Shown here: in pieces, positions 26,185 through 36,800 of the stretch
Layout of the letters: the number at the start of each line of letters is the position of its first letter
Numbering within the stretch: the stretch's first letter is position 1
Source: Deltaproteobacteria bacterium
Lineage (GTDB): Bacteria > Myxococcota_A > Polyangia > Fen-1088
Length of the DNA: 64,000 nt
Reading direction: 5' to 3'
Assembly: GCA_033763315.1 (NCBI GenBank)
Contig: JANRKS010000032.1
Coordinates: forward strand, 1-64,000
The notes under the pieces: model-generated
The model's database searches: none
Seen by the model: only the letters and a program-made list of their open reading frames with translations
Told to the model about the DNA's origin: nothing
Position numbers and translations under genes: made by a program

Positions 26185-28206
26185 ATGAGTTCTAGTGTGG
26201 GTGCGTTGTGCGATTTGCTTGAAGACCTGGCCCAAGGGCCGGGGCTGCCTCCCGAGGCGCTTTACGCCCAGCTGAACCCCTGGGTTCTCAATGATGGGGA
26301 GGACGCCCCGGCCGATCGTGACGTCCTGCTGCCGACGCTGGCGGCCATGGCCCGCCGGGATGACCCCTTGCTTTCGCACCTCACGTCTTTGGCCATTGGT
26401 TACTTGGGTGGCGATGATGGGTTTCACACCTTGGCCAGCTTGATCTTGGACAGCGATCTGCCGGCCACGCATCGTGAGAGCGCGGCCGACGCCGTCACCA
26501 AGCACCACGGCGAGCGGTTGCAGCCGCACACAGCGGTGTTTGACGCTTGCATGCTGTTGCAAACCCAACGCGTGTTGCGCTTGGTGGCGGAAGGCAACCG
26601 CGAAGCCCGATCGATGTTGGAGACAATCGTCACCAATACCGCCCAACACCTGGGCATGCGCGACGCGGTCGAGCCGTTGATCCACGCCACGAAAACCGCT
26701 GAGCTGCCGCTGGCCACTGTGTGGGGCGATATGGTGGCCACGTTGCAAGACGAAGAGCTGCGCCGCGATCTCATCATGCTGATCGCGCGCGATCGGCGCG
26801 TTGAATCGGCTGAATTCTTGGCCGCGCTCGAAGGCCAGGCCAAAACCACAAGCGAACGCAAAGAGCTGCGCAAGCACCTGCATGTGTTGCGTGGCCATGG
26901 CATCAAAGTGCCTGCGAAGGCATCGAAGCCACGTGAACCGTCGGTGTTGGCGTTTGGTGTGGATGGCGACGCGTGTGCTTCGATCTTCTTCTTCCTGCCG
27001 GAAAAGATGGGCGGCACCATGGTGAGCTTCGCTTTGCATCTGACAAGCGGCATCCGCGATGGCTTCGTGCGCGAGGGGCTCAGTTGGTCGGATCTGCAGC
27101 AAGACCAAAAGCGGTTTTTACAAGAATCTGATCTAGCGGGGCGCTTGTCGTTTGAAAACGGCGTGCGCGTCGTGCAGCGAGCGTTGGAGCAAACGGCGCC
27201 GGCGGTGCTCCAGCTGGGCGATGTCAACACGGCGGTGGAGCGCCTATCACCGCACTTTTTGCCCGCGGGGCAGATCACTTATCCCCCGCCCGATGTGGAG
27301 CCCGCCACCGACGCCGACATCACCAGCATGCTGGATTCCGAAGCGTTTAGTTATTGGTTCTTCGAGTCGGTGGAAACCACAATGGCAGCGCCGCTTGCCA
27401 AATTGGTCACGGGCGTGGCGCTTGGTGAACAACCCACGCCGGGAAGCCCGCTTGAGCAACGCTTCCTACGCGCCGCCGACGAGTTCTTAGCGGCGCTCTT
27501 GGCCACAGCTGAGCCTGTGCGTGTGGTGGCGATGTTGAAGCATCAGGCTTTGGTGTTGGCGGGCGCCGGCCGCGATGGCCACGCGAGTTTGTGCAGCCGT
27601 TTGGCGGCCGACATGGAAGCGGGTGACCACCGGTTTTTACGCACGTTGGCTGAACGTTCGTTGCTGTGGGCCATGAACCAGGTGGACGAAACCGATGAAT
27701 GGGGCCGCCGCTACGAGCAGTGCCATGCAGGTTTGCGCCAGGTCCTGCAAGATGCCCCACGCGAGGTCACCAAGCAGCAAGTGGCACAGATGGATTTGGG
27801 CGCGCAAATTGCCACCGCGCTGATCATGCGCAACCGCCGTTTGCCGTCCGCTCAACGGGCCGGGGTGCATTCCATCGAAACGGCTGCGTTCGAGATGGCC
27901 GAGGCGTTCATCGAAAAATACGCGCAGAAGCAACCCATCGCCGTGGGCGACTTCGAGACCACCCTGCACAAACATCAGATCCTGCCGCCCGACGAGCGGC
28001 CAACGCTCGCCAAGCAAGCGCTTTATGTCACGCGCGAGTTCGTCTCCAAACGCTGTGATCACTGTGTGCACCAGTGCCTGAAGTTCCCCGGTGGCTCCGC
28101 CGACGGCCTGCTGTTTGCGGCGGAGATGCCATGGCAGGTGCCGGCCACGGCGGTGGTTCGAAAAGTGTCTCGCAAGGACGCCAAACTGGCCGAGCGGCTT
28201 CATTAA
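26185..28206 (+). CDS. Hypothetical helical protein
   Basis: 673-aa ORF with high-GC codon style and C-terminal CxxCxxxC. No family recognised. Confidence 0.7.
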   Translation: MSSSVGALCDLLEDLAQGPGLPPEALYAQLNPWVLNDGEDAPADRDVLLPTLAAMARRDDPLLSHLTSLAIGYLGGDDGFHTLASLILDSDLPATHRESAADAVTKHHGERLQPHTAVFDACMLLQTQRVLRLVAEGNREARSMLETIVTNTAQHLGMRDAVEPLIHATKTAELPLATVWGDMVATLQDEELRRDLIMLIARDRRVESAEFLAALEGQAKTTSERKELRKHLHVLRGHGIKVPAKASKPREPSVLAFGVDGDACASIFFFLPEKMGGTMVSFALHLTSGIRDGFVREGLSWSDLQQDQKRFLQESDLAGRLSFENGVRVVQRALEQTAPAVLQLGDVNTAVERLSPHFLPAGQITYPPPDVEPATDADITSMLDSEAFSYWFFESVETTMAAPLAKLVTGVALGEQPTPGSPLEQRFLRAADEFLAALLATAEPVRVVAMLKHQALVLAGAGRDGHASLCSRLAADMEAGDHRFLRTLAERSLLWAMNQVDETDEWGRRYEQCHAGLRQVLQDAPREVTKQQVAQMDLGAQIATALIMRNRRLPSAQRAGVHSIETAAFEMAEAFIEKYAQKQPIAVGDFETTLHKHQILPPDERPTLAKQALYVTREFVSKRCDHCVHQCLKFPGGSADGLLFAAEMPWQVPATAVVRKVSRKDAKLAERLH

Positions 28207-28310
28207 ATCGACGATTCCGCCGTCTAACATCCCTTGTGAACTTAGCGGTCCGGGCCGGCGCAAAATTGGGCGTCACGCCCGACCGGGCTTACACTTAATA
28301 GGGTTGTGCA

Positions 28311-28847
28311 ATGAGAAGACGCGCGAAACGGACCAAGCGTGGCGCCGCCGTGAGGGCGTGCGTTGGTCTGTTGGCGCTGCTCGGCGCTGTGGCGACGACG
28401 TCACCAGCGGGCGCCGAGGTGGGCAGCGCACGACGACCCGTGGCCCTTTACGCCCTGGGGCCCACCGCTGAGCTTGGCCTCGATCTGAGTTTGCGTTTTG
28501 GCGGCGAGCTTTCCCTGTCGCAGTATGTGGGCAACGTTGGGTATGGCGCGGCGTTTGGTGCCAACAGCGCCGGCCGGATGTTTGCTGAACTGCAAGGGGC
28601 TTGGGTGCTGGGCACGCGGCATAACCTGGTGCTGGGCCTGAATCCAGGCGTGGTCATCGATGTCACGCAAACGACGCCTCGTTATGGCGTCCAGGGCACG
28701 TTTTGGTTCAACTACGCGCAAAGCCGCCGGCGCCAAGATCCATTGGCTTCCCCCTTGGTCCCATTTGTACGCGCCCAGGAAATCCCGGGACTTGGCTTTA
28801 CGTTCACGTTTGGTGTGACGCTGAAGCTGCCGTTGCGCGCGTCTTAG
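28311..28847 (+). CDS. Hypothetical exported protein (possible small beta-barrel)
   Basis: Signal peptide (AGA-EV) and alternating hydrophobic strands. Confidence 0.6.
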   Translation: MRRRAKRTKRGAAVRACVGLLALLGAVATTSPAGAEVGSARRPVALYALGPTAELGLDLSLRFGGELSLSQYVGNVGYGAAFGANSAGRMFAELQGAWVLGTRHNLVLGLNPGVVIDVTQTTPRYGVQGTFWFNYAQSRRRQDPLASPLVPFVRAQEIPGLGFTFTFGVTLKLPLRAS

Positions 28848-28899
28848 CCCGCCCGCCGGCGCGCTTGACCAACGTGGGCGCCGCTCGTATGACCTTGGC

Positions 28900-29466
28900 G
28901 TGAAGATCACACCTACCGAGTTGCCCGAAGTCTTGCTCATCGAACCGAAGGTGTTCGGCGACGCGCGCGGCGTGTTCTTCGAAAGCTTTCGCGCGAACGT
29001 GTTCGCCGAGGCGGGTATGCCGGTTTTCGTGCAAGAGAACCAATCCTCGTCGGTGCCAGGCACTTTGCGGGGCTTGCACTACCAGCTGGATATGCCGCAA
29101 GCCAAGCTTGTGCGTGCGGTGAAAGGCAGGGTGTTTGACGTGGCGGTGGACATCCGCCGGGGCTCGCCCACCTTTGGCCGCTGGGTGGGGCGCGAATTGT
29201 CCGAAGAAAACAAACACATGCTGTTTGTTCCCGTGGGCTTTGCCCATGGCTTTTGCGTCATCGGCCACGAGCCGGCCGAAGTTTTTTACAAATGCTCGGA
29301 TTACTATTCCGGCGCCGCAGATCAACGAGGCATGGCTTGGAATGACGCGGGCGTGGGTGTGCCGTGGCCGGTCAAGCAGCCCCTGCTTTCGGAAAAAGAC
29401 CAGACTTACAAGGGGTTGTCCCTCGACCGGGATGACCTTCCGAAGTACGTGCCCGGCTTGAAGTAG
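28900..29466 (+). CDS. rfbC: dTDP-4-dehydrorhamnose 3,5-epimerase
   Basis: FGDARGVFFE, LRGLHYQ, DVAVDIRRGSPTFG, GFAHGF and LSEKD. Confidence 0.97.
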   Translation: MKITPTELPEVLLIEPKVFGDARGVFFESFRANVFAEAGMPVFVQENQSSSVPGTLRGLHYQLDMPQAKLVRAVKGRVFDVAVDIRRGSPTFGRWVGRELSEENKHMLFVPVGFAHGFCVIGHEPAEVFYKCSDYYSGAADQRGMAWNDAGVGVPWPVKQPLLSEKDQTYKGLSLDRDDLPKYVPGLK

Positions 29467-29542
29467 GGTGCGTGGCGGCGCTCGCCGCGCTTGTCACAAA
29501 CCTTCGTTAAAGTTCTTTGCGTGGAGCTCCGATGCCATATGC

Positions 29543-29935
29543 GTGGCAACGAACATTGCGAAAGCTCCTGATGCCCAGGGCAGAGAACGGCGCGAGAACC
29601 ATCGCTTCGACTTTGAAGTAGAGGTTGGTTTCGAAACGGATTCCAATTTCTATACGGGGCTCACCCAAGACATCAGCTCCGGTGGGCTCTTCGTGGCCAC
29701 CCACAACCTCAAGCCTGTGGGCACGAAGTTCATGATTCAGTTCAAACTTCCGGGCGGCACCCAAACGCTTGAAGTCGAAGCCGAGGTACGCTGGTTGCGC
29801 GAGACTTCGTCTTTGCATCGCTCCGATGGCCCCCACGGCATGGGCGTGCGCTTTAACAATCTAACGTCTGAACAAAAGGCAGCGATCGAAAGCTTCCTCA
29901 AGAAGCGCGAGTCTTTGTTCTACGACGACGAATAA
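29543..29935 (+). CDS. TIGR02266-type PilZ-domain protein
   Basis: RRENHR (RxxxR), SNFYTGLTQDISSGGLFVAT (DxSxGG), GMGVRF. Probable GTG start at 29543. Confidence 0.88.
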   Translation: MATNIAKAPDAQGRERRENHRFDFEVEVGFETDSNFYTGLTQDISSGGLFVATHNLKPVGTKFMIQFKLPGGTQTLEVEAEVRWLRETSSLHRSDGPHGMGVRFNNLTSEQKAAIESFLKKRESLFYDDE

Positions 29936-29949
29936 GTTTTTCTCGTTCC

Positions 29950-29993
29950 GGTTGGTTCTGGTTCTGGTTCTGGTTGGTTAGAGTTGGTTGGTT
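29950..29993. repeat. Low-complexity GGTT/GGTTCT tandem repeat
   Basis: GGTTGGTTCTGGTTCTGGTTCTGGTTGGTTAGAGTTGGTTGGTT between convergent genes. Confidence 0.7.
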
Positions 29994-30038
29994 CCCCGAC
30001 GGCCCCACAAAGGGCCGTCACCTTTTTCGAACGGCCGA

Positions 30039-32612
30039 TCAGATCCCGCTGATCGAATCGAGCATGATCAGCGGCGCGTCTTCCGGCACGCCGGCGCGCG
30101 CCTCGCTTGTTAGGTCGATGGTCACCACCAAGGCCCAGTCGTCGTGGCGTTCGGGATCACACAACCGTTGCGTGGCCTCGAACCGGCGTTCATCCACCGC
30201 GCGCAAGGTTGTGTTGTTGTTGGCCCGGGCGGCAGGCGTCGCCAGCAGCGTTCCGTACTGCGCAAAGAACGGCGCCAACGCGTCGTTCAGGCGCGGCCCG
30301 GTCCAAGGCGCGGCCGCGTCGGTGGGCTGCCAAATCGCGTCCAGCGCCTCTTCCCAATCTTTGCGCGCCAACGCGCCCAACAAGCGATGCAGCTCCGTGC
30401 GCACGCGCACCATCAACGCACGCTCGTCATCCCACAAAGGCTTCTTCGCGTTCGCGCGCTTGCGCATGGCCTCTTCCAGCGCCACACCCTCGGCAAGCCG
30501 CGCGGCCGCTGCGGCCGGATCCATCATGGCTTCCCACTCTTCAAGCAAGCTAGCGTCCACGGTGCGCACCACGGCGCCCAAAGTCAGCGCCATATCCTCA
30601 ATCAGATCGGTGTGGAACTTGCGCGGCACCGATTGCACCAAGGTTTTGTAAGCGTCGGTCAGGTAGCGCAGCAACACGCCTTCCGAGCGCGCCACGGCCA
30701 ACGAGCGCACGTAATCGTTGAAGCTCGCGTGGTGTTCCAACAATTCGCGGGCGATGCCTTTAGGGGCGATGTTTTCTTGGCCCACCCACGGGTGCCGTTC
30801 TGCAAACGCATTGAACGTCTCGTAGATAAACTCGGCGTTCGGCTTTGGATACTGCACCGATTCAAGCCCCTCCATGCGCGCTTCGTAATCGGCGCCTTCC
30901 GCGCGCAGCTCGTTCATGCGCTCGTCTTTGGCGCGGTCAAGTTGCGCGATCAACAGCGTGCGCGGGTTCTCAAGAATCGATTCCACCAGCGCTAACACGT
31001 CGAACGCGTAAGTCTCAAGGGCGGGATCGAGGAGCTCAAGCGTTTCCACCAAATAAAGGCCCAAGGTCTGGTTCAGCGAGAACTCATGCTGCAGCTCTGT
31101 GCTGGCCACGGGGTAAGGGTTGCGCGCGCGTTCGTCGCGTTGCAAAAGAATAAGGCCGGCGTTGCGCAGACCACGAAACATCTTCGCGGCGTTGCGTTTG
31201 TGTCGCCGCTTTAGCACGTCGCTGTCGTGGCTTTGGGCAATCAGATCCAAAAGCCGTCGGTAACCGGCGCCGCGCTTCGGATCCGCGTCTTCACTTTGCA
31301 ACACCGATAGCAACAGGCCATGCGAAATCTGAAACTGCGATTGCAGTGGTTCAGGCGTGGCGTCGATGAGTTTCGTGAACGTGGTCTGGTCCCAGTGGAC
31401 GAACCCTTTTTTCGGTGGTTGGCGCTTGGTGAATTTCTTGCCGTTGGATTTTTCCGAGAGGCGCTTGTTTTCAACGATGTGAGCCGGGGCCAGCGCCACC
31501 ACATAACCTTGGTCGTCGAAGCCTTTGCGACCGGCACGCCCCGCCACCTGGTGAAAGTCACGTGCAGGCAAGATGGCGTCCTTTGTGCCGTCGTATTTAC
31601 ACAACTGCGTGAACAACACCGTGCGGATCGGAATGTTCACACCCACGCCCAAGGTGTCCGTGCCCGAAACAACTTTTAGAAGGCCTTGTTGCGCCAATCG
31701 TTCAACCAGGCGTCGATAGCGGGGTAAAAGGCCCGCGTGGTGCAGGCCGATGCCCGCCCGCAGAAAACGCAACAGCTCCTTGCCGTAGGGGCTGCTAAAG
31801 CGCTCCTTGGCCAGCAGCACCTTCAGTGCGTTCTTTTCCTCCTTGCTGGTGATGTCGAGGCTGGTCAGGGCCTGGGCTTGTTCTGCGGCCGAACGCTGCG
31901 TGAAATTCACCATGTAGATGGGCGCGCGGTTGGATCGCACCAAATCCATCACCGTCTCGTGCACAAGTTCTTCTTTGTATGTGAACTCGAGCGGCACAGG
32001 GCGCTGCATGCCACGCACGTGTACCACTTGGCGCCCCGTAAACTTTTCAAGCCGCGTGATGATGTTCGACATATCGCCGAGCGTGGCCGACATCAGCAAG
32101 AACGTGGTCTTCGGCAACGCGATAAGTGGGATCTGCCAAGCGATGCCACGTTCTTTGTCGCCGTAGTAGTGGAACTCGTCCATCACCACGTAATCCGCGG
32201 TGGCGCGCCCACCGCGCAGCGTTTGGTTCGATAAGATCTCCGCCGTGCTGCAGATGAGCGGCGCCCCCGGGTTCACCGTGGCGTCACCGGTCATGAGGCC
32301 CACGTTTTTTGCGCCAAAGGTGCGGCACAGATCAAAGAATTTTTCGTTCACCAACGCTTTGACGGGGCATGTGTAATAGGCGGTTTTGCCTTCACACAAC
32401 GCTTTGAACATCATCGCCATGGCCACCATCGACTTGCCCGAACCCGTGGGAGTGGAAAGCACCACGTGGTTCGCATCCAGCAGCGCAAACACGGCTTCTT
32501 CCTGCGCGGGATAAAGCTCAAGGCCCAAAGCGCTGACATGGTCGAGGAAGGCGCCTAAAATGCGTTCAGCATCAACGGGGCCGCTGGGCGGGCGTAGCTC
32601 GGGGGAAGTCAT
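30039..32612 (-). CDS. Ski2-like DExH-box helicase with C-terminal DUF3516-type domain
   Basis: PTGSGKS, DEFH, SAT, GIGLHHAG and QVAGRAGR motifs; RSEGVLLRYLTDAY C-terminal region. Confidence 0.92.
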   Translation of the reverse strand: MTSPELRPPSGPVDAERILGAFLDHVSALGLELYPAQEEAVFALLDANHVVLSTPTGSGKSMVAMAMMFKALCEGKTAYYTCPVKALVNEKFFDLCRTFGAKNVGLMTGDATVNPGAPLICSTAEILSNQTLRGGRATADYVVMDEFHYYGDKERGIAWQIPLIALPKTTFLLMSATLGDMSNIITRLEKFTGRQVVHVRGMQRPVPLEFTYKEELVHETVMDLVRSNRAPIYMVNFTQRSAAEQAQALTSLDITSKEEKNALKVLLAKERFSSPYGKELLRFLRAGIGLHHAGLLPRYRRLVERLAQQGLLKVVSGTDTLGVGVNIPIRTVLFTQLCKYDGTKDAILPARDFHQVAGRAGRKGFDDQGYVVALAPAHIVENKRLSEKSNGKKFTKRQPPKKGFVHWDQTTFTKLIDATPEPLQSQFQISHGLLLSVLQSEDADPKRGAGYRRLLDLIAQSHDSDVLKRRHKRNAAKMFRGLRNAGLILLQRDERARNPYPVASTELQHEFSLNQTLGLYLVETLELLDPALETYAFDVLALVESILENPRTLLIAQLDRAKDERMNELRAEGADYEARMEGLESVQYPKPNAEFIYETFNAFAERHPWVGQENIAPKGIARELLEHHASFNDYVRSLAVARSEGVLLRYLTDAYKTLVQSVPRKFHTDLIEDMALTLGAVVRTVDASLLEEWEAMMDPAAAAARLAEGVALEEAMRKRANAKKPLWDDERALMVRVRTELHRLLGALARKDWEEALDAIWQPTDAAAPWTGPRLNDALAPFFAQYGTLLATPAARANNNTTLRAVDERRFEATQRLCDPERHDDWALVVTIDLTSEARAGVPEDAPLIMLDSISGI

Positions 32613-32678
32613 AAAGTCCCCCGCAGTCTGGTGGTTCCAGGCCGCCCGCGAAAGGGGGAATCACCCAGAAGCCGCGAT

Positions 32679-33677
32679 TTACGGGGCTGCCGGGCGGCGG
32701 CCAGCAACAACCGTCTGTTCGATGGCGCCAAACGGGCTGTCGAGGGTTTCAGGCACCAAGGCCTCGATCCGGATGCGGTCCCCAACCGCCATAAAGGGCG
32801 TCACGGCCTTGCCATGTGCCAGCACTTCACGTGCGCGTTGCTCCACCAAACATGAAAAGCCCCGGCCGGGCTCGACATTCGAAATCGTGCCGCTGCCAAG
32901 CAACGTGCCCGCGCCCAAGCGTCGGGTTTTGGCCACGTGGGCAATCAAGTCGCCGAACGAAAAATGCATTTCAGGCCCAGCCAACGTATGCCCCACGACT
33001 TGGCCGTTGTATGTGCAGCGCAGTTCAATGTGGGCGCGGCCGTCCTTCCACGCGTCACCGAGTTCATCCGGTGTGACAGCGAATGGGCCAAACGTTGTGG
33101 CCGGCTTGGCCTGTACGAACCCAAAACCTTTGGCGAGTTCATCGCTCACCAAGTGGCGCAAGGTCCAATCGTTGACGATCGTCAGCAGCCGCACGCTTTG
33201 CAGCGCCGCCTGCGCGTCAACCCCCTGGGGCACGTCACCAAGAATGGCGCACAGCTCGCCTTCGAAGTCCAAGCCCCAGGCTTCGTTGGCCAATAGGAAC
33301 GGTTCAGCGGGGCCCAATAGATCGCTGCCACCACCTTGGTAGATCAGCGGCTCCGTATGCAACGTCGCTGGCAGCGCCGCGCCTCGTGCTTGCCGCACCA
33401 GCTTTACGTGGTTCAAAAAGGCCGAAGCGTCCAACCATTCATACGCACGTGGCAGCGGCGCGCCGAGCAGGGTCAGATCCAAAGGCAGCCCTGAGCCCAC
33501 ATCCCGGTTCAACTTGTCAGACGTGTCTTGCAAGGCGGGCGCGGCGTTGTCCCAGTCGTCCAAGGCCCTTTGCATGGTTGGCCACCCGACTGGTGCGGGC
33601 AGCGCGGTCTCACCGTGTTGGCTAACCACCACCAACCGACCGTCACGGCTCCCGTCTTTGAGTGTGGCTAACTTCAT
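32679..33677 (-). CDS. Fumarylacetoacetate hydrolase family protein
   Basis: MKLATLKDGSRDGRLVVVS, LDFEGE, NDWTLR and GSGTISN. Confidence 0.93.
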   Translation of the reverse strand: MKLATLKDGSRDGRLVVVSQHGETALPAPVGWPTMQRALDDWDNAAPALQDTSDKLNRDVGSGLPLDLTLLGAPLPRAYEWLDASAFLNHVKLVRQARGAALPATLHTEPLIYQGGGSDLLGPAEPFLLANEAWGLDFEGELCAILGDVPQGVDAQAALQSVRLLTIVNDWTLRHLVSDELAKGFGFVQAKPATTFGPFAVTPDELGDAWKDGRAHIELRCTYNGQVVGHTLAGPEMHFSFGDLIAHVAKTRRLGAGTLLGSGTISNVEPGRGFSCLVEQRAREVLAHGKAVTPFMAVGDRIRIEALVPETLDSPFGAIEQTVVAGRRPAAP

Positions 33678-33877
33678 CCCTTGATCCTTGCGGCACGTTA
33701 CTCTTGTTGAGCGTTCTCATCAATCCATCGGTGCAAACGTTGGGCGTGCCCATGGTGCGTACGACCTCAACATTTAACTTTTGCTGTTGTTACGTCACGG
33801 TAGCAGACGTTTGATTTCGATCTGCTTATCTTCTGTGCATACGCCAGTCCGAGGGATCGTCTGATAGTGTCTTTGTT

Positions 33878-36800
33878 GTGAGTGATGAACGCTACGCCTT
33901 GCAAGCCGTTCTAGACCACATGCAGCAAAGCGTGGGCGTATATGACCGCAGCTCTCGCATCGTGTACTTGAACGCTGCGACCGAGCGCTTGTTTGGCTTC
34001 TCGTTTTCGGATGCGCAAGGTGAACGCCTGTGGGATCGCTTCCCGAACGCGGTCGGCAACCCTTTTTACAAAGCCTTTGAACGCGTGGCCGCGGGCGGCG
34101 CGCGCGAGAGCCTGCAACATTACTATGCCCCGTTTGATGCGTGGTTCATGAACACCATCGAGCTTGTGGGAAATCACGTTCACGTCATCGCGCAAGATGT
34201 GACCGATGACGTGAGGCGCACGCGGCGGCTCGACACCATCACGCGCATCTCTACTCTTTTCGCCATGCATGACCTCGGCTTTGAGGCAGCTTTGCAGTGC
34301 GTGGCCGACATCCTAAGTGACGTGTTAGACGCTGAGTGCGGTTTGTTGTTGCCGTCGCATGACGGCCGATGGCTCGATGTTGTTGCCACGGCCTCCAAGG
34401 ATCCAGAATCGCTGCAGATCGCTCGGAGAATCTCCCGATGGGATGCGAATGTGGGTCACGCTGCGAAGGCGTTGCGAACGCGTTCAAGCCTGCTGGTGAA
34501 CGGCGAAAACGTGATGGAGGAACTGCCCGGGGTTCTCATTGGCACGGACGTCATCGAGCAATACCGTGCAAGCTCGCTGTTGGCCGCCCCCTTGCTTGTG
34601 CACGATCAAGCGATTGGGGTGCTTGTGGCCTTACGCCGCGAAGGCAAGTCTCCTTTGACCCAGCACGACTGCGCGCTGGTCACAGAAGTTGCGTCTTCTG
34701 TGGGGCTTTACATTGCGCACGCGGCGCGCGCACAAAGCGAACAGCGTGTCACCAGGCGTTTGCAAAGCTTGCTTGACGTCACGGTGAAGCTGGCGGCCGC
34801 TTCAAGTGCGGATGAGATCGCGCGCGTCGTGGTTGACCAAGGTGTCGAGGCGTTGGATGCCGATTCGGCCGGTATGTGGTTGTTGGCGGACGATGGCAAG
34901 ACAGCCACAATGCAACGCCACCGTGGGTTTGCGCCGCAGCACCAAGATGCCTTTGTGTCGGTGCCGCTTGATGCTTCGTCGCCCGTATCGGATTGCTGCA
35001 CCAACGCGCGCGCCGTGTGGATTCGATCGCGCGCCGAGTACCAGGGGCTTTATCCTGAGCATGAGAAACGGCATCGCGCCCCAGACGCACCGCCTTTGGC
35101 TTTCGCGCTTTTGCCGCTGGTCATCGAAGGTCGAACGATCGGGTGCGTGACGTTCTCCTTTCACGACGAAGACCGTTTGACCTCTGACGAACAGACGTAT
35201 TTCGAGGTTCTGGCGTCGCATACGGCGGAAGCTCTTCGCCGGTCTCGCCTTTACACGCAGCTGCGCGACGTGAGCGAAACCCGCGCGGCTATGATTCAAG
35301 CCTCACCGGCCGCCATCATGTTGACGGATGCCAAGGGCGTCGTGCAGGCGTGGAACCCCGCCGCCGAGCACATTTTTGGATGGCCCGCCGAAGAAGTCCT
35401 GGGCCGGCCACTTGTGGAACTAGGCCTTGGTTTTGAGGCAGAGTTCGAGGACAATTTGCGCAAGGTGCTTGCCGGAACTTCAGTTGATAGGCAGGTCACC
35501 AAACGCGTGCGGCGCAGTGGGGAGGCGTTTGCGGTTGAGATGTACGCCGTGCCTGTGTCGCTTAGTGATGACCGCACCTTGTGTTTGTCTATGGTGTTCG
35601 ACGTATCCGAGCGCGCGCGTATCGAAGCGGGACGGCGCCTTGTGTCCAAAGCCACGGCGTTGCTGACGCGGTCCCTGAACGCGTCACAATCACTGACAGA
35701 AGTTGTGGCTTTGGTTGCCGGCGATTTTGGCGGGTGGTGTGCCGTGGAAGTGCGTGATGCCCAGGGACAGATCAGCCGCGTGCAAAGTGAGCGCGCGCTG
35801 GCGCGCGCTGTGGGCGCGGGCGAATGCACGGTGCCGCTTGAGGTTGGCGACCGTGTGGTTGGCACCTTGAGTGTGGGTTCGAGCGTACGCGCGTTTGATT
35901 CTCTGGATCTGCTGATCATTGCCGACTTGGCCCACCACATTGCCACCGCGACAGACAACGCGCGGCTTTACGAGGACGCGCGCAAGGCGCGGCATGAAGC
36001 TGAGGCGGCAAGCGGCGCCAAAGACGAATTTCTGGCGATGCTCGGCCACGAGCTCCGTAACCCATTGGCGCCGATCAGCACGGCGTTGCACCTGATGGGG
36101 ATGCGCGCGCCGGATCAGTTCGAGCGTGAGCGCAACGTGATTGAGCGGCAGGTGGAGCATCTGCGGCTGTTGGTTGATGATCTGTTGGATATCTCACGCA
36201 TCACGCGTGGCAAAGTGGAGCTCAACTATGAGCACACCCGCATCTGCGATGTGGTGGTCAAGGCGATCGAAACGACCAGCCCGCTGCTTGAGCAGCGCCA
36301 ACACCGTTTGGTCGTGGATGTGCCGGAATCGCTGGCCGTTGTTGGAGATGCGATGCGCCTCGGCCAGGTTGTCACCAACTTGGTATCGAATGCCGCAAAA
36401 TATACCGATAAGGGCGGCGAGATCACGGTGCAAGCGACGCGCAAAGGCGATGACGTTCTGCTGAGCGTGCGTGACGACGGCATCGGCATGCGCGCTGAGA
36501 TGCTCCCGATTATCTTCGACATGTTTGTGCAAGCGCCGCAATCAAGTGAACGCAAGTCCGGCGGCCTTGGGTTGGGCTTGGCGATCGTTCGCACATTGGT
36601 GGCGATGCACAAGGGAACGGTTGCGGCCCGAAGCGCGGGCTTGGGGCGAGGCTCCGAGTTCATTGTCACGCTGCCGGCCGCGCCTGCAGACAGCACACAG
36701 CACGCGTATACGAAGAAGGCAACGCCGCAACGGTTGGCAGCCCGACCCAAACGTGTTCTGGTGGTGGACGACAACGAAGACGCCGCTTCGTTGTTGTCTG

